Source of the DNA: a virus
Virus record (IMG/VR): IMGVR_UViG_3300046463_000548
Location: 1 to 64,000 of that record
DNA length: 64,000 bases
Direction: 5' to 3' (one strand)
Part shown: piece by piece, positions 53,164-61,655 of the stretch
How the letters are laid out: every line of letters starts with the position of its first letter
Position numbering within the stretch: the first letter of the stretch is position 1
Position numbers and translations under genes: made by a program
The notes under the pieces: generated by a model
What the model was told of the DNA's origin: nothing
Seen by the model: only the letters and a program-made list of their open reading frames with translations
Databases searched by the model: none

Positions 53164-54309
53164 ATGGCTGTTCCGCAATTCATAGCAGCGCAAGAAGGTT
53201 TCGACATCTATCCGAATGGTGCCCTAGCTGCTAATTACCCGTGGTTCGTGACGAACGCCGCGCAGCAAGGCCAGATAAATTCGACGGCAGGTGCATTCGG
53301 TGGGTGTGCTTTGACGTTCCCGACTTCAGGTGCGGGATCAACGCTGGTATCGGGATTCGAGTATCAGTTCCCGTCCACCATGAGCATGATTCGAGGCAAC
53401 ACTGCGACGGCAGGTAAAGGGTCGTTTGCTATCAGTGGTTGGCTGAACATCAGCACTATGTCGGCAGGTTCAGGTACGTTGCTCGGCTTAGGTACGGCAG
53501 GTGTTCCGGGCTCGTTCTATCCGTTGCTCAACGTATCTAACAGCACTGCGGGTGGTACGAATCTCCAGTTCATAACAAACATCAACAGCCCGACATCATC
53601 ACCGTACAACTTCAACATTCAGTTGAACACGTACTACTGGGTGCAACTGCAATTCTCGTACTACAGCGCGACGAGCACCGCGTCATCAGCAGTCCTGCAA
53701 GCCACGTACACGATCAACGGTGCTGCTGTACAAACGGACATTCCAGTCACGTGGACCGCTGACGTGTTCTCTGGTGCTCAGATTGCCAATCGGTTGAAGT
53801 TCTACGCATCGAATTTCGTGTCCTATTTCTGGGACGATCTGATGATCCAGGCGGTGAGTGGTGCAGACACGAACTGGCCGTTGGGTGCTGGCGTTAACCC
53901 CACGCCGGAAACCGTACCGTCGATCAGTGCTCGACGCATCTATGCGCTGGCTGCAACCGGCAACGGTTCGCTGACACAGATGACGCCGTCTGGGGCTCAG
54001 CCGAACTGGCAGTCCGCTACAGATACGACAGGTGCCAACTACGTGCTTGCCACCGCCATAGGACAGACGGATACGTACAAGTGGAATGCCCCAGCAATGT
54101 CAGATGTGCGCGCAGTGTCGATTCGCGGCAATTCGAATCGCTACCAGAACTTGAATGGCTCGTTCAAGACATCAGCGGGCGGCACGCTGACACAGATGGC
54201 GACAAATAACGGGGCATCGCGCTACATCGGTATTGCAGAAACCGATGGGACGAATGCATGGACGACTGCGTCGATCAACGCTGCCGAGTTCGGCCAGAGT
54301 TCCAAGTAA
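53164..54309 (+). CDS. Virion protein with lectin/LamG-like beta-sandwich
   Basis: EGFD start, ...WVQLQ...INGA...YFWDDL; AAGGAG RBS. Confidence 0.65.
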   Translation: MAVPQFIAAQEGFDIYPNGALAANYPWFVTNAAQQGQINSTAGAFGGCALTFPTSGAGSTLVSGFEYQFPSTMSMIRGNTATAGKGSFAISGWLNISTMSAGSGTLLGLGTAGVPGSFYPLLNVSNSTAGGTNLQFITNINSPTSSPYNFNIQLNTYYWVQLQFSYYSATSTASSAVLQATYTINGAAVQTDIPVTWTADVFSGAQIANRLKFYASNFVSYFWDDLMIQAVSGADTNWPLGAGVNPTPETVPSISARRIYALAATGNGSLTQMTPSGAQPNWQSATDTTGANYVLATAIGQTDTYKWNAPAMSDVRAVSIRGNSNRYQNLNGSFKTSAGGTLTQMATNNGASRYIGIAETDGTNAWTTASINAAEFGQSSK

Positions 54310-54322
54310 GGAGTATCTAACA

Positions 54323-56542
54323 ATGACCCTCAAGTACATGCAAGGATTCGAGACGATAGTCGATGATTCCGATCTTCGCGCTCAAGGTTGGGCACCCAAT
54401 CCGGCCAAGGCTTCGGCACGCAACGTACTAACGATTCCCTCGGTTAGCGGAGTATCCGGCTTCAGCTTGCGGCCTATGGGACCTTACAACAACCCCCTTT
54501 CAAGTACGCTATGGGGGTCGGCTTCAGCTAATGACTTTGGCTATTTCAATACGGGCATCACTGTTAATCAGGCGTGGCTCGCAGGAGGCGTGACGTTTGG
54601 ATTTGGCATCAAGTTCAACAGCGGCACGCAGGCAAACTACGGAGCGGGATCAACACTAAACAGTAACCAGGCGTGCTTTGACGGCACACGATACTGGGCG
54701 CTACGCCGTATAGGTAGTTCGACCAATGTCGCTTTTTCGACCGACCTGGTTAACTGGACAGTAGCGCAGAATCAGCCGCCCATTAGTATGGACAGCACCA
54801 CTACCCTAGCGTACATGGGCGGCGGTGTGGTAGCCGTTACAGGCACGGGAGCCGCGAGTACCACTAGCCAAGTGGTTTACTACATTTCGAATCCTACAGG
54901 ATCGTGGTCTACAGTTACGCTAAGAGGTTCTCTGGGTAGTGCAGTGGTTACGGGATGCGCTGGACAGACAGGCAACGCCACCTACCCGCATGTAGTTAGC
55001 ATTGCTTCGGCTGCTGCAGGAACTCTTGGGTCCGTGTTTGTAGGCTCGCTAGGTGGTGCAATGTCCAGCGTCGTTACATTTACTACAACTATCTCTGCGC
55101 AGGCAACCGCGCGAATACGCGTATGCGGTACGATTGTTGTGGCGGCATCTACTAGTCTTCTTGCATCAGCAGACAACACGAGTGGGTCCTTCAATACGGC
55201 AGGTGCATGGACTACGTGTACTCCGTCAAGTTTCAATGGTTATGTGAATGATGTAGCCTACCATCCGACTTCGAATCAATGGATCATCGTCACATCTGCT
55301 GGTATCTACACCATACCAAACAGTGGGGGAAGTGCGGGTACACCTGCGGTACTGCCCTCTGCACCGGCAGCTACTGTTCGGTACTCCACGGTAGGTATGC
55401 TCAATGTGCATCTGGTTGGGACTACATTGATTGCCACCGGCCAGCAAGGTCACATTGTGATCTCGGCTGACGGAGGTAACACGTGGACAGAAAGTGGCGG
55501 TCATCTTTTGCCTGTCGGTACTTCAGGCATTGACTGGCGCACTACTATCTATGATGGTTCACGCTATGTGCTGTTCTCAGACACAACCAGCGGCGTTATA
55601 GCCACGACACCTGATCTGCAGACAAACTATATAGCTCAGTACGCTCAAGAGCCTGCCGAGGTTACTCAAGCTACAGGTAGTACTTTGCTGGGGACTGGAT
55701 TGATTCCGGGAAATGTGCCTTCCGCTACTACGGGGCAGTGGGCAATGGCCAATAGTAGCAATCCGGCGATGCTTCAAATCGGTCCAGTGTCTAGTGGGAG
55801 CCGCAACTACGTCCTTGACGCGTTCAACACGGGGCTTCCGCTGCTCACAGGCACGATCCCAACGACGACGCAGCTATATCATTACATAGAAATTAAGATG
55901 ATAAAGGCTGCGGCCACTGCTAACACCTTCACCGTAGCATTGTATATAGACGGGTTGTTGGCCGGGACATCGGCTTCTATTGCCTATGCGGGTGCGTCGG
56001 ACACAACGGCATTGCTGATTATGGTGTTCCAACGCAACGGCGTGTTTACGGCCATTGATGATATATACGTCACGCTAGACGATGGAGTGGCAGGTACGCT
56101 GCAGGGGCCGCTGGGTATCGTCAACATCGTAGCCCAACGGGGTGAAACCGATACGCAAGCGCAGTGGGTTAAGACGGGCTCGGCAGCATCGAATTCGTTG
56201 TCGGTGAACCAACCAGCGCTGTCCTCGTCTTCTGCTAACTACGTCACGTCGGCTAATGCGGGCGACAAAGACATTTATGGGTCAATCGATGCACTGCCAG
56301 CGGGTTACTCACCCAAGGCTATTCAGAACGAAGCGTACTTCACCAAGACCTCAGGAACTGCGCCGGTCGTTAATATCGGCTCGCTCAGCGGCTCTACCGA
56401 GAGTGACAGTGCCAACGCAACGATCAGCGGTGCGGGTACTACGTACGTGTCGCAGATTCTGGAGAAAGATCCGAACGGGAACGTTGCTTTGACTCCCGCT
56501 GCCGTGAACGCGATGAAGTTCGTGCTGAATCACATAAGCTAA
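54323..56542 (+). CDS. Large virion/receptor-binding protein with BNR-like repeats
   Basis: YMQGFE start; STDL.NWT and SADGGNTWT; lectin-like C-terminus (IDDIYV). Confidence 0.7.
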   Translation: MTLKYMQGFETIVDDSDLRAQGWAPNPAKASARNVLTIPSVSGVSGFSLRPMGPYNNPLSSTLWGSASANDFGYFNTGITVNQAWLAGGVTFGFGIKFNSGTQANYGAGSTLNSNQACFDGTRYWALRRIGSSTNVAFSTDLVNWTVAQNQPPISMDSTTTLAYMGGGVVAVTGTGAASTTSQVVYYISNPTGSWSTVTLRGSLGSAVVTGCAGQTGNATYPHVVSIASAAAGTLGSVFVGSLGGAMSSVVTFTTTISAQATARIRVCGTIVVAASTSLLASADNTSGSFNTAGAWTTCTPSSFNGYVNDVAYHPTSNQWIIVTSAGIYTIPNSGGSAGTPAVLPSAPAATVRYSTVGMLNVHLVGTTLIATGQQGHIVISADGGNTWTESGGHLLPVGTSGIDWRTTIYDGSRYVLFSDTTSGVIATTPDLQTNYIAQYAQEPAEVTQATGSTLLGTGLIPGNVPSATTGQWAMANSSNPAMLQIGPVSSGSRNYVLDAFNTGLPLLTGTIPTTTQLYHYIEIKMIKAAATANTFTVALYIDGLLAGTSASIAYAGASDTTALLIMVFQRNGVFTAIDDIYVTLDDGVAGTLQGPLGIVNIVAQRGETDTQAQWVKTGSAASNSLSVNQPALSSSSANYVTSANAGDKDIYGSIDALPAGYSPKAIQNEAYFTKTSGTAPVVNIGSLSGSTESDSANATISGAGTTYVSQILEKDPNGNVALTPAAVNAMKFVLNHIS

Positions 56543-56554
56543 CGGGAGGCTTGA

Positions 56555-56917
56555 ATGGCTAATCCCGTAAAGGCTCAGGCTGTAGCTCGGCAGGTGCTAG
56601 TGCAGGCGAACCCTGTCGCCAAAGCTCAGGCAGTGGCCCGGCAGGTGCTGCTAACTCAGGGCACCTCGGTCAAAGCCTATGCCGTGGCTCGACAGGTGCT
56701 GGCGACGCCACCTACGAATACGCAAGATTCTAGTGTAGTAGTCGAGGCGGCTGCCTCAGGTTTCATTCCTGCACGAGATTCAGGTGTGGTCGTGGAAGTT
56801 TCGGCGGCTCTTCCGTATCAAGCCAACGACTCTGGCGTGGTGCTGGAGGTCGCTGCGGCTTCGACCGTAACGCCAGCGAAGCCAATGCAGCGCATCGTGT
56901 GGTTCACACCTAGCTAG
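56555..56917 (+). CDS. Small tandem-repeat protein
   Basis: KAQAVARQVL x3 then DS.VV.E x3; GGGAGG RBS. Confidence 0.7.
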   Translation: MANPVKAQAVARQVLVQANPVAKAQAVARQVLLTQGTSVKAYAVARQVLATPPTNTQDSSVVVEAAASGFIPARDSGVVVEVSAALPYQANDSGVVLEVAAASTVTPAKPMQRIVWFTPS

Positions 56918-56920
56918 GAG

Positions 56921-57232
56921 ATGACTATGTCTGATGTTCAACCCAGCATGAATTTGATCGTAGACGATGCGCGCCAGATGGTTCAGGTCTATGACTTCAA
57001 TCAGACTGACTGGAACGCCAACACGGTTTCGATTCCCGACGAATACACGATCCAGTTTCAGCCGTCAGTGGATCAGGGCGTATTGGACGGCATCGCAAAT
57101 GGTCGCGAGGTTTCGTACGCGACGCAGATGGCGTACGCGAATCGCCCGTTCGGCACCGGTTACATAACCGAGTCGTATACGGTGTCGCTGCAGCAGTTGC
57201 TTCCAAAAGACAGCACTACAACGACGGCATAA
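56921..57232 (+). CDS. Hypothetical protein
   Basis: AGGAG RBS. Confidence 0.65.
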   Translation: MTMSDVQPSMNLIVDDARQMVQVYDFNQTDWNANTVSIPDEYTIQFQPSVDQGVLDGIANGREVSYATQMAYANRPFGTGYITESYTVSLQQLLPKDSTTTTA

Positions 57233-57313
57233 CAGCTAAAGAGTTGGGTACGTGAACTCGATTGAGAAAGCGTACCCAACGACATAGGAAGGTCAATTGA
57301 AGAAGGGGGTACC

Positions 57314-57598
57314 GTGAGAGTCGAAGCTGCAAACCGACTTGCCGCAGACGTACTGATGAACAATGAAAACGTGACTGTTGGATTTGATGAAAGCCGGGTA
57401 GGGCAGGTGCATGAGCTAGAGGGTTCCTCTGAACTGCCGATCTATCCGCTTCCTCAGGGACACAATCTGGACGACGGTGTGCTGAAGACGGGCATCGACT
57501 GTGATCCGGAGATGGCACCTATCGAACCCGTGAGCGATCCGGGAGTGCCTGAGCTAAACGCAGCGGCCCGCTTGGCAGCAGCGACACCGAATATCTAA
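57314..57598 (+). CDS. Acidic protein with NAxxRL-type motif at both ends
   Basis: MRVEAANRLAA ... ELNAAARLAAA; GGGGG RBS, GTG start. Confidence 0.7.
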   Translation: MRVEAANRLAADVLMNNENVTVGFDESRVGQVHELEGSSELPIYPLPQGHNLDDGVLKTGIDCDPEMAPIEPVSDPGVPELNAAARLAAATPNI

Positions 57599-57696
57599 AT
57601 ACGTACTGTTCCCCAACACAATTTGATATATGCAGGGACTTTGCGGCAAGTAACGACCTTTACTTGCGTATCAATTTGGGCACGGGGAATACAGTT

Positions 57697-57909
57697 ATGG
57701 ACAAGGTGGACGAGGCTCAAGGGCTGATTGAAGACGTGAGGGAGGACCATATTTCGCACATTCGCTCACGCGTAGGCAAGTCGCTAATCTTCAGCGGCTT
57801 CTGTTACTACTGCTATGAGGGTGTGCGCTCGCCTCATATATTTTGTGATCTTGATTGTCGGGATGACTACGAACGCGAGCAGAGAATGAACAGAATAGAA
57901 GGCCGATAG
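57697..57909 (+). CDS. TraR/DksA-like zinc-finger protein
   Basis: MDKVDEAQ acidic tip, helix, CYYC.E......FC..DCRDDYE. Confidence 0.7.
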   Translation: MDKVDEAQGLIEDVREDHISHIRSRVGKSLIFSGFCYYCYEGVRSPHIFCDLDCRDDYEREQRMNRIEGR

Positions 57910-57924
57910 AGCAGAAGCCTCAAG

Positions 57925-57962
57925 AGCCCCGATCCCACAACGCAAGGGATCGGGGCTTTTTT
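57925..57962 (+). terminator. Rho-independent terminator
   Basis: AGCCCCGATCCC...GGGATCGGGGCT + T-run. Confidence 0.85.
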
Positions 57963-58004
57963 ATTGCAGTTTTATCCAAACTTGCAGAGCTAAGGAGTAA
58001 ATAG

Positions 58005-58397
58005 ATGTCCACAGTCATAGGAAATTGCACGGACTGTATCGTATCGCTTCCGGCGCAACCGACGCATGCGGTAAACCTTCGAGTCCAGACATCAGTGTCG
58101 GACAATATGGTGATCCGCGAGACCGGCGCGTACCAGCAGTCGTATGCGAACGAACAATCATCCGATCTGGTGGTGCAGATCGCAAAGTCGGGGAATTACG
58201 CGCTTCCGTCCGGGACCCAATTCCTCTTCTTGCGTGTGTCCGCGCCGGTCTCAGTGACGGCTGTCGCGGGTGGCGTGTCGATGACGTTCAACGTTGCAGG
58301 ATTTCTCATTCTGGATACGCCGTACTCCGCGATCCAAATTTCGAATCCGAGCGCAACAGCTACAGTAAATATGAATCTGACGTACATCCCAGCCTGA
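58005..58397 (+). CDS. Small beta-rich probable virion protein
   Basis: TAAGGAG RBS; own terminator. Confidence 0.65.
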   Translation: MSTVIGNCTDCIVSLPAQPTHAVNLRVQTSVSDNMVIRETGAYQQSYANEQSSDLVVQIAKSGNYALPSGTQFLFLRVSAPVSVTAVAGGVSMTFNVAGFLILDTPYSAIQISNPSATATVNMNLTYIPA

Positions 58398-58401
58398 AGG
58401 T

Positions 58402-58434
58402 AAAGCCCCGCGCCTAAAAAGCCCGGGGCTTTTT
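58402..58434 (+). terminator. Rho-independent terminator
   Basis: AAAGCCCCG...CGGGGCTTT. Confidence 0.75.
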
Positions 58435-58447
58435 CGTTGACTTTATA

Positions 58448-58497
58448 TTGACGAAATGTGCGGACGCTGCTAAATTTCGGGTAGGGTCTAGTAAATA
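58448..58497 (+). promoter_or_regulatory. Promoter with conserved box (TTGACGAAATGTGC, -10 TAAATT) followed by AGTAAATA (58490-58497)
   Basis: Both regulatory motifs in tandem. Confidence 0.65.
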
Positions 58498-58530
58498 GGG
58501 TGTGTGACTGACTCCAACGAGAAAAGAGAA

Positions 58531-59022
58531 ATGGTACACACCGAACAAGAACTGTTTGACAAAGTTGTGGGGCACCTCGCGCAACAGAAGGTGAAGAGCG
58601 CGCTGTTTAACGAACCTACCGCGCTCGATTCGGAGGGCAACTGGTCCTGCCTTTATCGCGGGCCGAACAACACGCAGTGTGCGTTTGGTGTACTCATTCC
58701 TGATGCGGCTTATACGCCCTTCTTGGAGGGCTTCACGTGCAGAACGCTTCTAAATGAGGCGGAGCGAAAGGTTGCGGGAGAGGCTTTGGATGAATACCTT
58801 TTCACTTTGAATGAATATCGACTTAAAGAGGCGATGACTACCGCATTCGTGGACGCAATGATTCCGTTGATTCCGCACAAGGAACTTTTGCGAGGGCTAC
58901 AGGCCGTCCACGATTCAGACTCTGGCCCGGATTCGTGGGGCTGGCGGCTCGAAACACTCGCAAAACACTGCGGTCTGGAATTCGACCGTGCCGCGTTCGA
59001 ACAAAAAATGAAGGGTGAATAG
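58531..59022 (+). CDS. Phage hypothetical protein (TEQELFDKV..HL..Q...CLYRG....CA.G.LIPD)
   Basis: Motif-rich ORF; start 58531 or 58504. Confidence 0.7.
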   Translation: MVHTEQELFDKVVGHLAQQKVKSALFNEPTALDSEGNWSCLYRGPNNTQCAFGVLIPDAAYTPFLEGFTCRTLLNEAERKVAGEALDEYLFTLNEYRLKEAMTTAFVDAMIPLIPHKELLRGLQAVHDSDSGPDSWGWRLETLAKHCGLEFDRAAFEQKMKGE

Positions 59023-59462
59023 TGAATCTCGCTAGAGAAAAAATCCTCGAAGTTCTGGACCAGCACGGGCCCCAAACTCGTTACGCTGATGCGTGGACAG
59101 ACGAACACCACATAGCGTTCGCTCAAGGGATTCTTGAAGCGGCCAGCGCGCAGCGTCCGGACATTTCGGAGTTTGAAGAACTGCTGGATGATCTGGCGGG
59201 TGCGGTTGCCGAGACGGCAGTATTCAACGTAACTCAGCGCTCGATGACCGTTCGTATGGTTCGGCCGCGCCGGATAGCCGTCCTGAAGTTCGTATCTGAT
59301 TTGGTGGCACGCGTTTCAAACAGGCAGCAAGCCGGTTACGTGATGAAACACAAGACGGGTCCTGCTCGTGGTTTTTCGTGGGATGCAAACGACAAGCAGT
59401 TCAGTGCCGACTGGATTCGAATCCCCGCATTTATCGAACAAAATGAACAAGACAAAAATTGA
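59022..59462 (+). CDS. Hypothetical protein
   Basis: Coupled overlap. Confidence 0.6.
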   Translation: MNLAREKILEVLDQHGPQTRYADAWTDEHHIAFAQGILEAASAQRPDISEFEELLDDLAGAVAETAVFNVTQRSMTVRMVRPRRIAVLKFVSDLVARVSNRQQAGYVMKHKTGPARGFSWDANDKQFSADWIRIPAFIEQNEQDKN

Positions 59463-60273
59463 AGCATTGCGCAACGAGCTACTGCAGGAAGCGGAACGGC
59501 TCAACCGGCCGACAGGCCAACTGGGGCGTATTGCGCGCAAATTGACTGCGATTCTTGAAGAGGAATTGACGCCAGAACAGGCTGGGAGTACTCCGGCTAA
59601 CAGATGGGCCAAAGAGGGCGAAGCGGACCCGCACGGCACGTCCTATGACTGCGAGCGGGCATCTTTGACGCTGGGCCAATACACGGATGACGAATTGGCG
59701 AACGGGGTTTTCCTGAACGCCGATCAGCCGATGAACATAGAGCGCATCCTAGCTCGCGATCCGAACTATCACGCGCCGATTGCCTGGCTCACTGCAGCGA
59801 AGGACCGTATCCGTTGGCTGTCACGTGCGCTCGTGCGCGCGGAGGGGGCGTCGCTTCCGTCGATCAATATCCGGTGCGAGACAACCTGCGACGGAGTCAT
59901 GGGAACAACGACGCTCAACGTGGTTCGGGTCGAGCGAGAGGATGACGGCAGCCTAACGGCAGTCACAGACTACTGGCCGAACGCCCACAGCCAGAAAGCG
60001 TTTCTTCGGGAGTTGATTCCGCAGCTTGCGGCTCTCTACCCAGAGAACGTCGGATGGGACTCTGGCTGGCGGTCAGCGTGCACGCGTGTTCTCAATGAGT
60101 TGGAAAAACGGGATACGTCGGCAACCATGACTTCCGCTCCGAGCGCGGGGATTTCGCTGACGCCTGCTCAGTGGGCTGACGTTTATTACTTCGCTCGCGC
60201 GTCTGAAATCGGTGAATTTTTGGGGCGTGCCGAGGAAGTTTTTAACGCCTCACTTGGGGAGAAGCGCCAATGA
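59443..60273 (+). CDS. Mosaic hypothetical protein
   Basis: Re-called start MNKTKIEAL. Confidence 0.65.
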   Translation: MNKTKIEALRNELLQEAERLNRPTGQLGRIARKLTAILEEELTPEQAGSTPANRWAKEGEADPHGTSYDCERASLTLGQYTDDELANGVFLNADQPMNIERILARDPNYHAPIAWLTAAKDRIRWLSRALVRAEGASLPSINIRCETTCDGVMGTTTLNVVRVEREDDGSLTAVTDYWPNAHSQKAFLRELIPQLAALYPENVGWDSGWRSACTRVLNELEKRDTSATMTSAPSAGISLTPAQWADVYYFARASEIGEFLGRAEEVFNASLGEKRQ

Positions 60274-60719
60274 ATCGAGAGTGCCTGTACAAGCTGATTC
60301 GAAGTTTCGGTTACACCACCGCTCCGCAGACAGACGAACTGGTTGGCGCGATTTTCTCAGCCATGCCCCCGTCAGAACCAGTCTATGAGGCGATGGCCAC
60401 GGACGAGGATCACATCGAAAACGGTCCGAAAGACATCTGGATGGATTGTGAACGCGTGTTCTTTGACCAGATGCAGGCACGTGAGGATATGCGAACGTGC
60501 ATCCTGTACACGGCACCACCATCAGACAAGTTCGTGAGCATCGAACTGCTCAAGGAGAAGGTTGAGAAGATGAAGGAGCCGCTCGATTCCAGCGTGACGC
60601 AGGAGCGGAGTAGCGGGTGGCGAGCGGCAGTGGAAAGCTTCGAGATTGAGTTCATTCCGGAGGCTAGAGAAGCGCACGCTGCGTTCTGGCGAGCGGCTGC
60701 GAAAGGGAGCAAATCATGA
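60270..60719 (+). CDS. Hypothetical protein
   Basis: ATGA overlap. Confidence 0.65.
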   Translation: MNRECLYKLIRSFGYTTAPQTDELVGAIFSAMPPSEPVYEAMATDEDHIENGPKDIWMDCERVFFDQMQAREDMRTCILYTAPPSDKFVSIELLKEKVEKMKEPLDSSVTQERSSGWRAAVESFEIEFIPEAREAHAAFWRAAAKGSKS

Positions 60720-60958
60720 GAGGCGAGCAGCGGGAAGAGCAGCGCGCGCTGTTCGAGGAACGGGCGTTCAATCAGCGTTTCCTGATGTCGATCCGGAAAG
60801 TGGGCCAGGGCTGCATGACATTTCAGGCGGTAGGGTGCCCGACCAAGGCTGAATTTGTGAAGCGTCAAGCTGATGGCTCGTACGAGGACCAGACCCTCAA
60901 TGCAATGTGGTGGGCGTGGTGCGAAGCGGTCAGACTCAACAGAGGGGCGGAGGAATGA
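60716..60958 (+). CDS. Hypothetical protein
   Basis: ATGA overlap; DGSY.D..LNAMWWAW. Confidence 0.65.
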   Translation: MRGEQREEQRALFEERAFNQRFLMSIRKVGQGCMTFQAVGCPTKAEFVKRQADGSYEDQTLNAMWWAWCEAVRLNRGAEE

Positions 60959-61299
60959 AGACGCTTAGTGGCAACCAAAAGGCGCTCGCCTTGAACCTGG
61001 CCAGGCACGCAGAGGAATCACACATTCTTGCGGGCAACGAGGTTTGTGCTGAACTCATGAAGCAGTGTGGGAGGACAATCCGCGAACTACTGGGGACTCG
61101 CATCGAACTGGACGATCTGGTGAAGGACGCTAGTGATCACCGACTGTCAGACGATCTGATAGGCAAGCGTTTTCGCATGCTCTTGAGTGATCCCACCTGC
61201 ACATGCGGCGTGCCCGTCGAAACGCCGCACGCTGAAGACTGCCCGATAACGTCACACGTGCGAGCGCTGTTCGCACAGTCCGGAGAGTACCCGTCATGA
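60955..61299 (+). CDS. Hypothetical protein
   Basis: GGAGG RBS, ATGA overlap. Confidence 0.6.
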   Translation: MKTLSGNQKALALNLARHAEESHILAGNEVCAELMKQCGRTIRELLGTRIELDDLVKDASDHRLSDDLIGKRFRMLLSDPTCTCGVPVETPHAEDCPITSHVRALFAQSGEYPS

Positions 61300-61655
61300 G
61301 CGTCACACAAATAACGAACGAGCGGATTATCGAACTGCTGAACGAGGCAGATCGCGAAACGATTGAGTCCGAAGACAGTCAGGCGTTTTACATCCGGTTC
61401 GCGCGGAAGATTGAACAGGAGATGTCCCCGACGAAGGACGCGGAAGACGGAGCTTTGTTCCGTCATCTGGTTGAGCACGCGTGGGTATTCAAGACATCCT
61501 TCGACAAGGCCGGTCAGCCGACCCGGATCAAGGCTGACTTCAAAATCACGACGCTGACTAGCGACAGCATGGGCGACAGTATCCGTTCGCTGGTTCGTGA
61601 CTTCGGAAAAAACGCGGAAGCGCTAAGCGAGAAACTCAAAAATGACAACGACTGA
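61296..61655 (+). CDS. Hypothetical protein
   Basis: ATGA overlap. Confidence 0.6.
   Translation: MSVTQITNERIIELLNEADRETIESEDSQAFYIRFARKIEQEMSPTKDAEDGALFRHLVEHAWVFKTSFDKAGQPTRIKADFKITTLTSDSMGDSIRSLVRDFGKNAEALSEKLKNDND

Noticed and set aside
33185-57630. Possible late-promoter motif AATTT(G/C/T)A before structural genes (about 33195 minus, 40019, 48301, 57621)
   Set aside because: Too short and degenerate to support without a statistical scan.
57996-58003. AGTAAATA as a promoter for 58005
   Set aside because: Sits between RBS and ATG, too close to serve as that gene's promoter; not counted.
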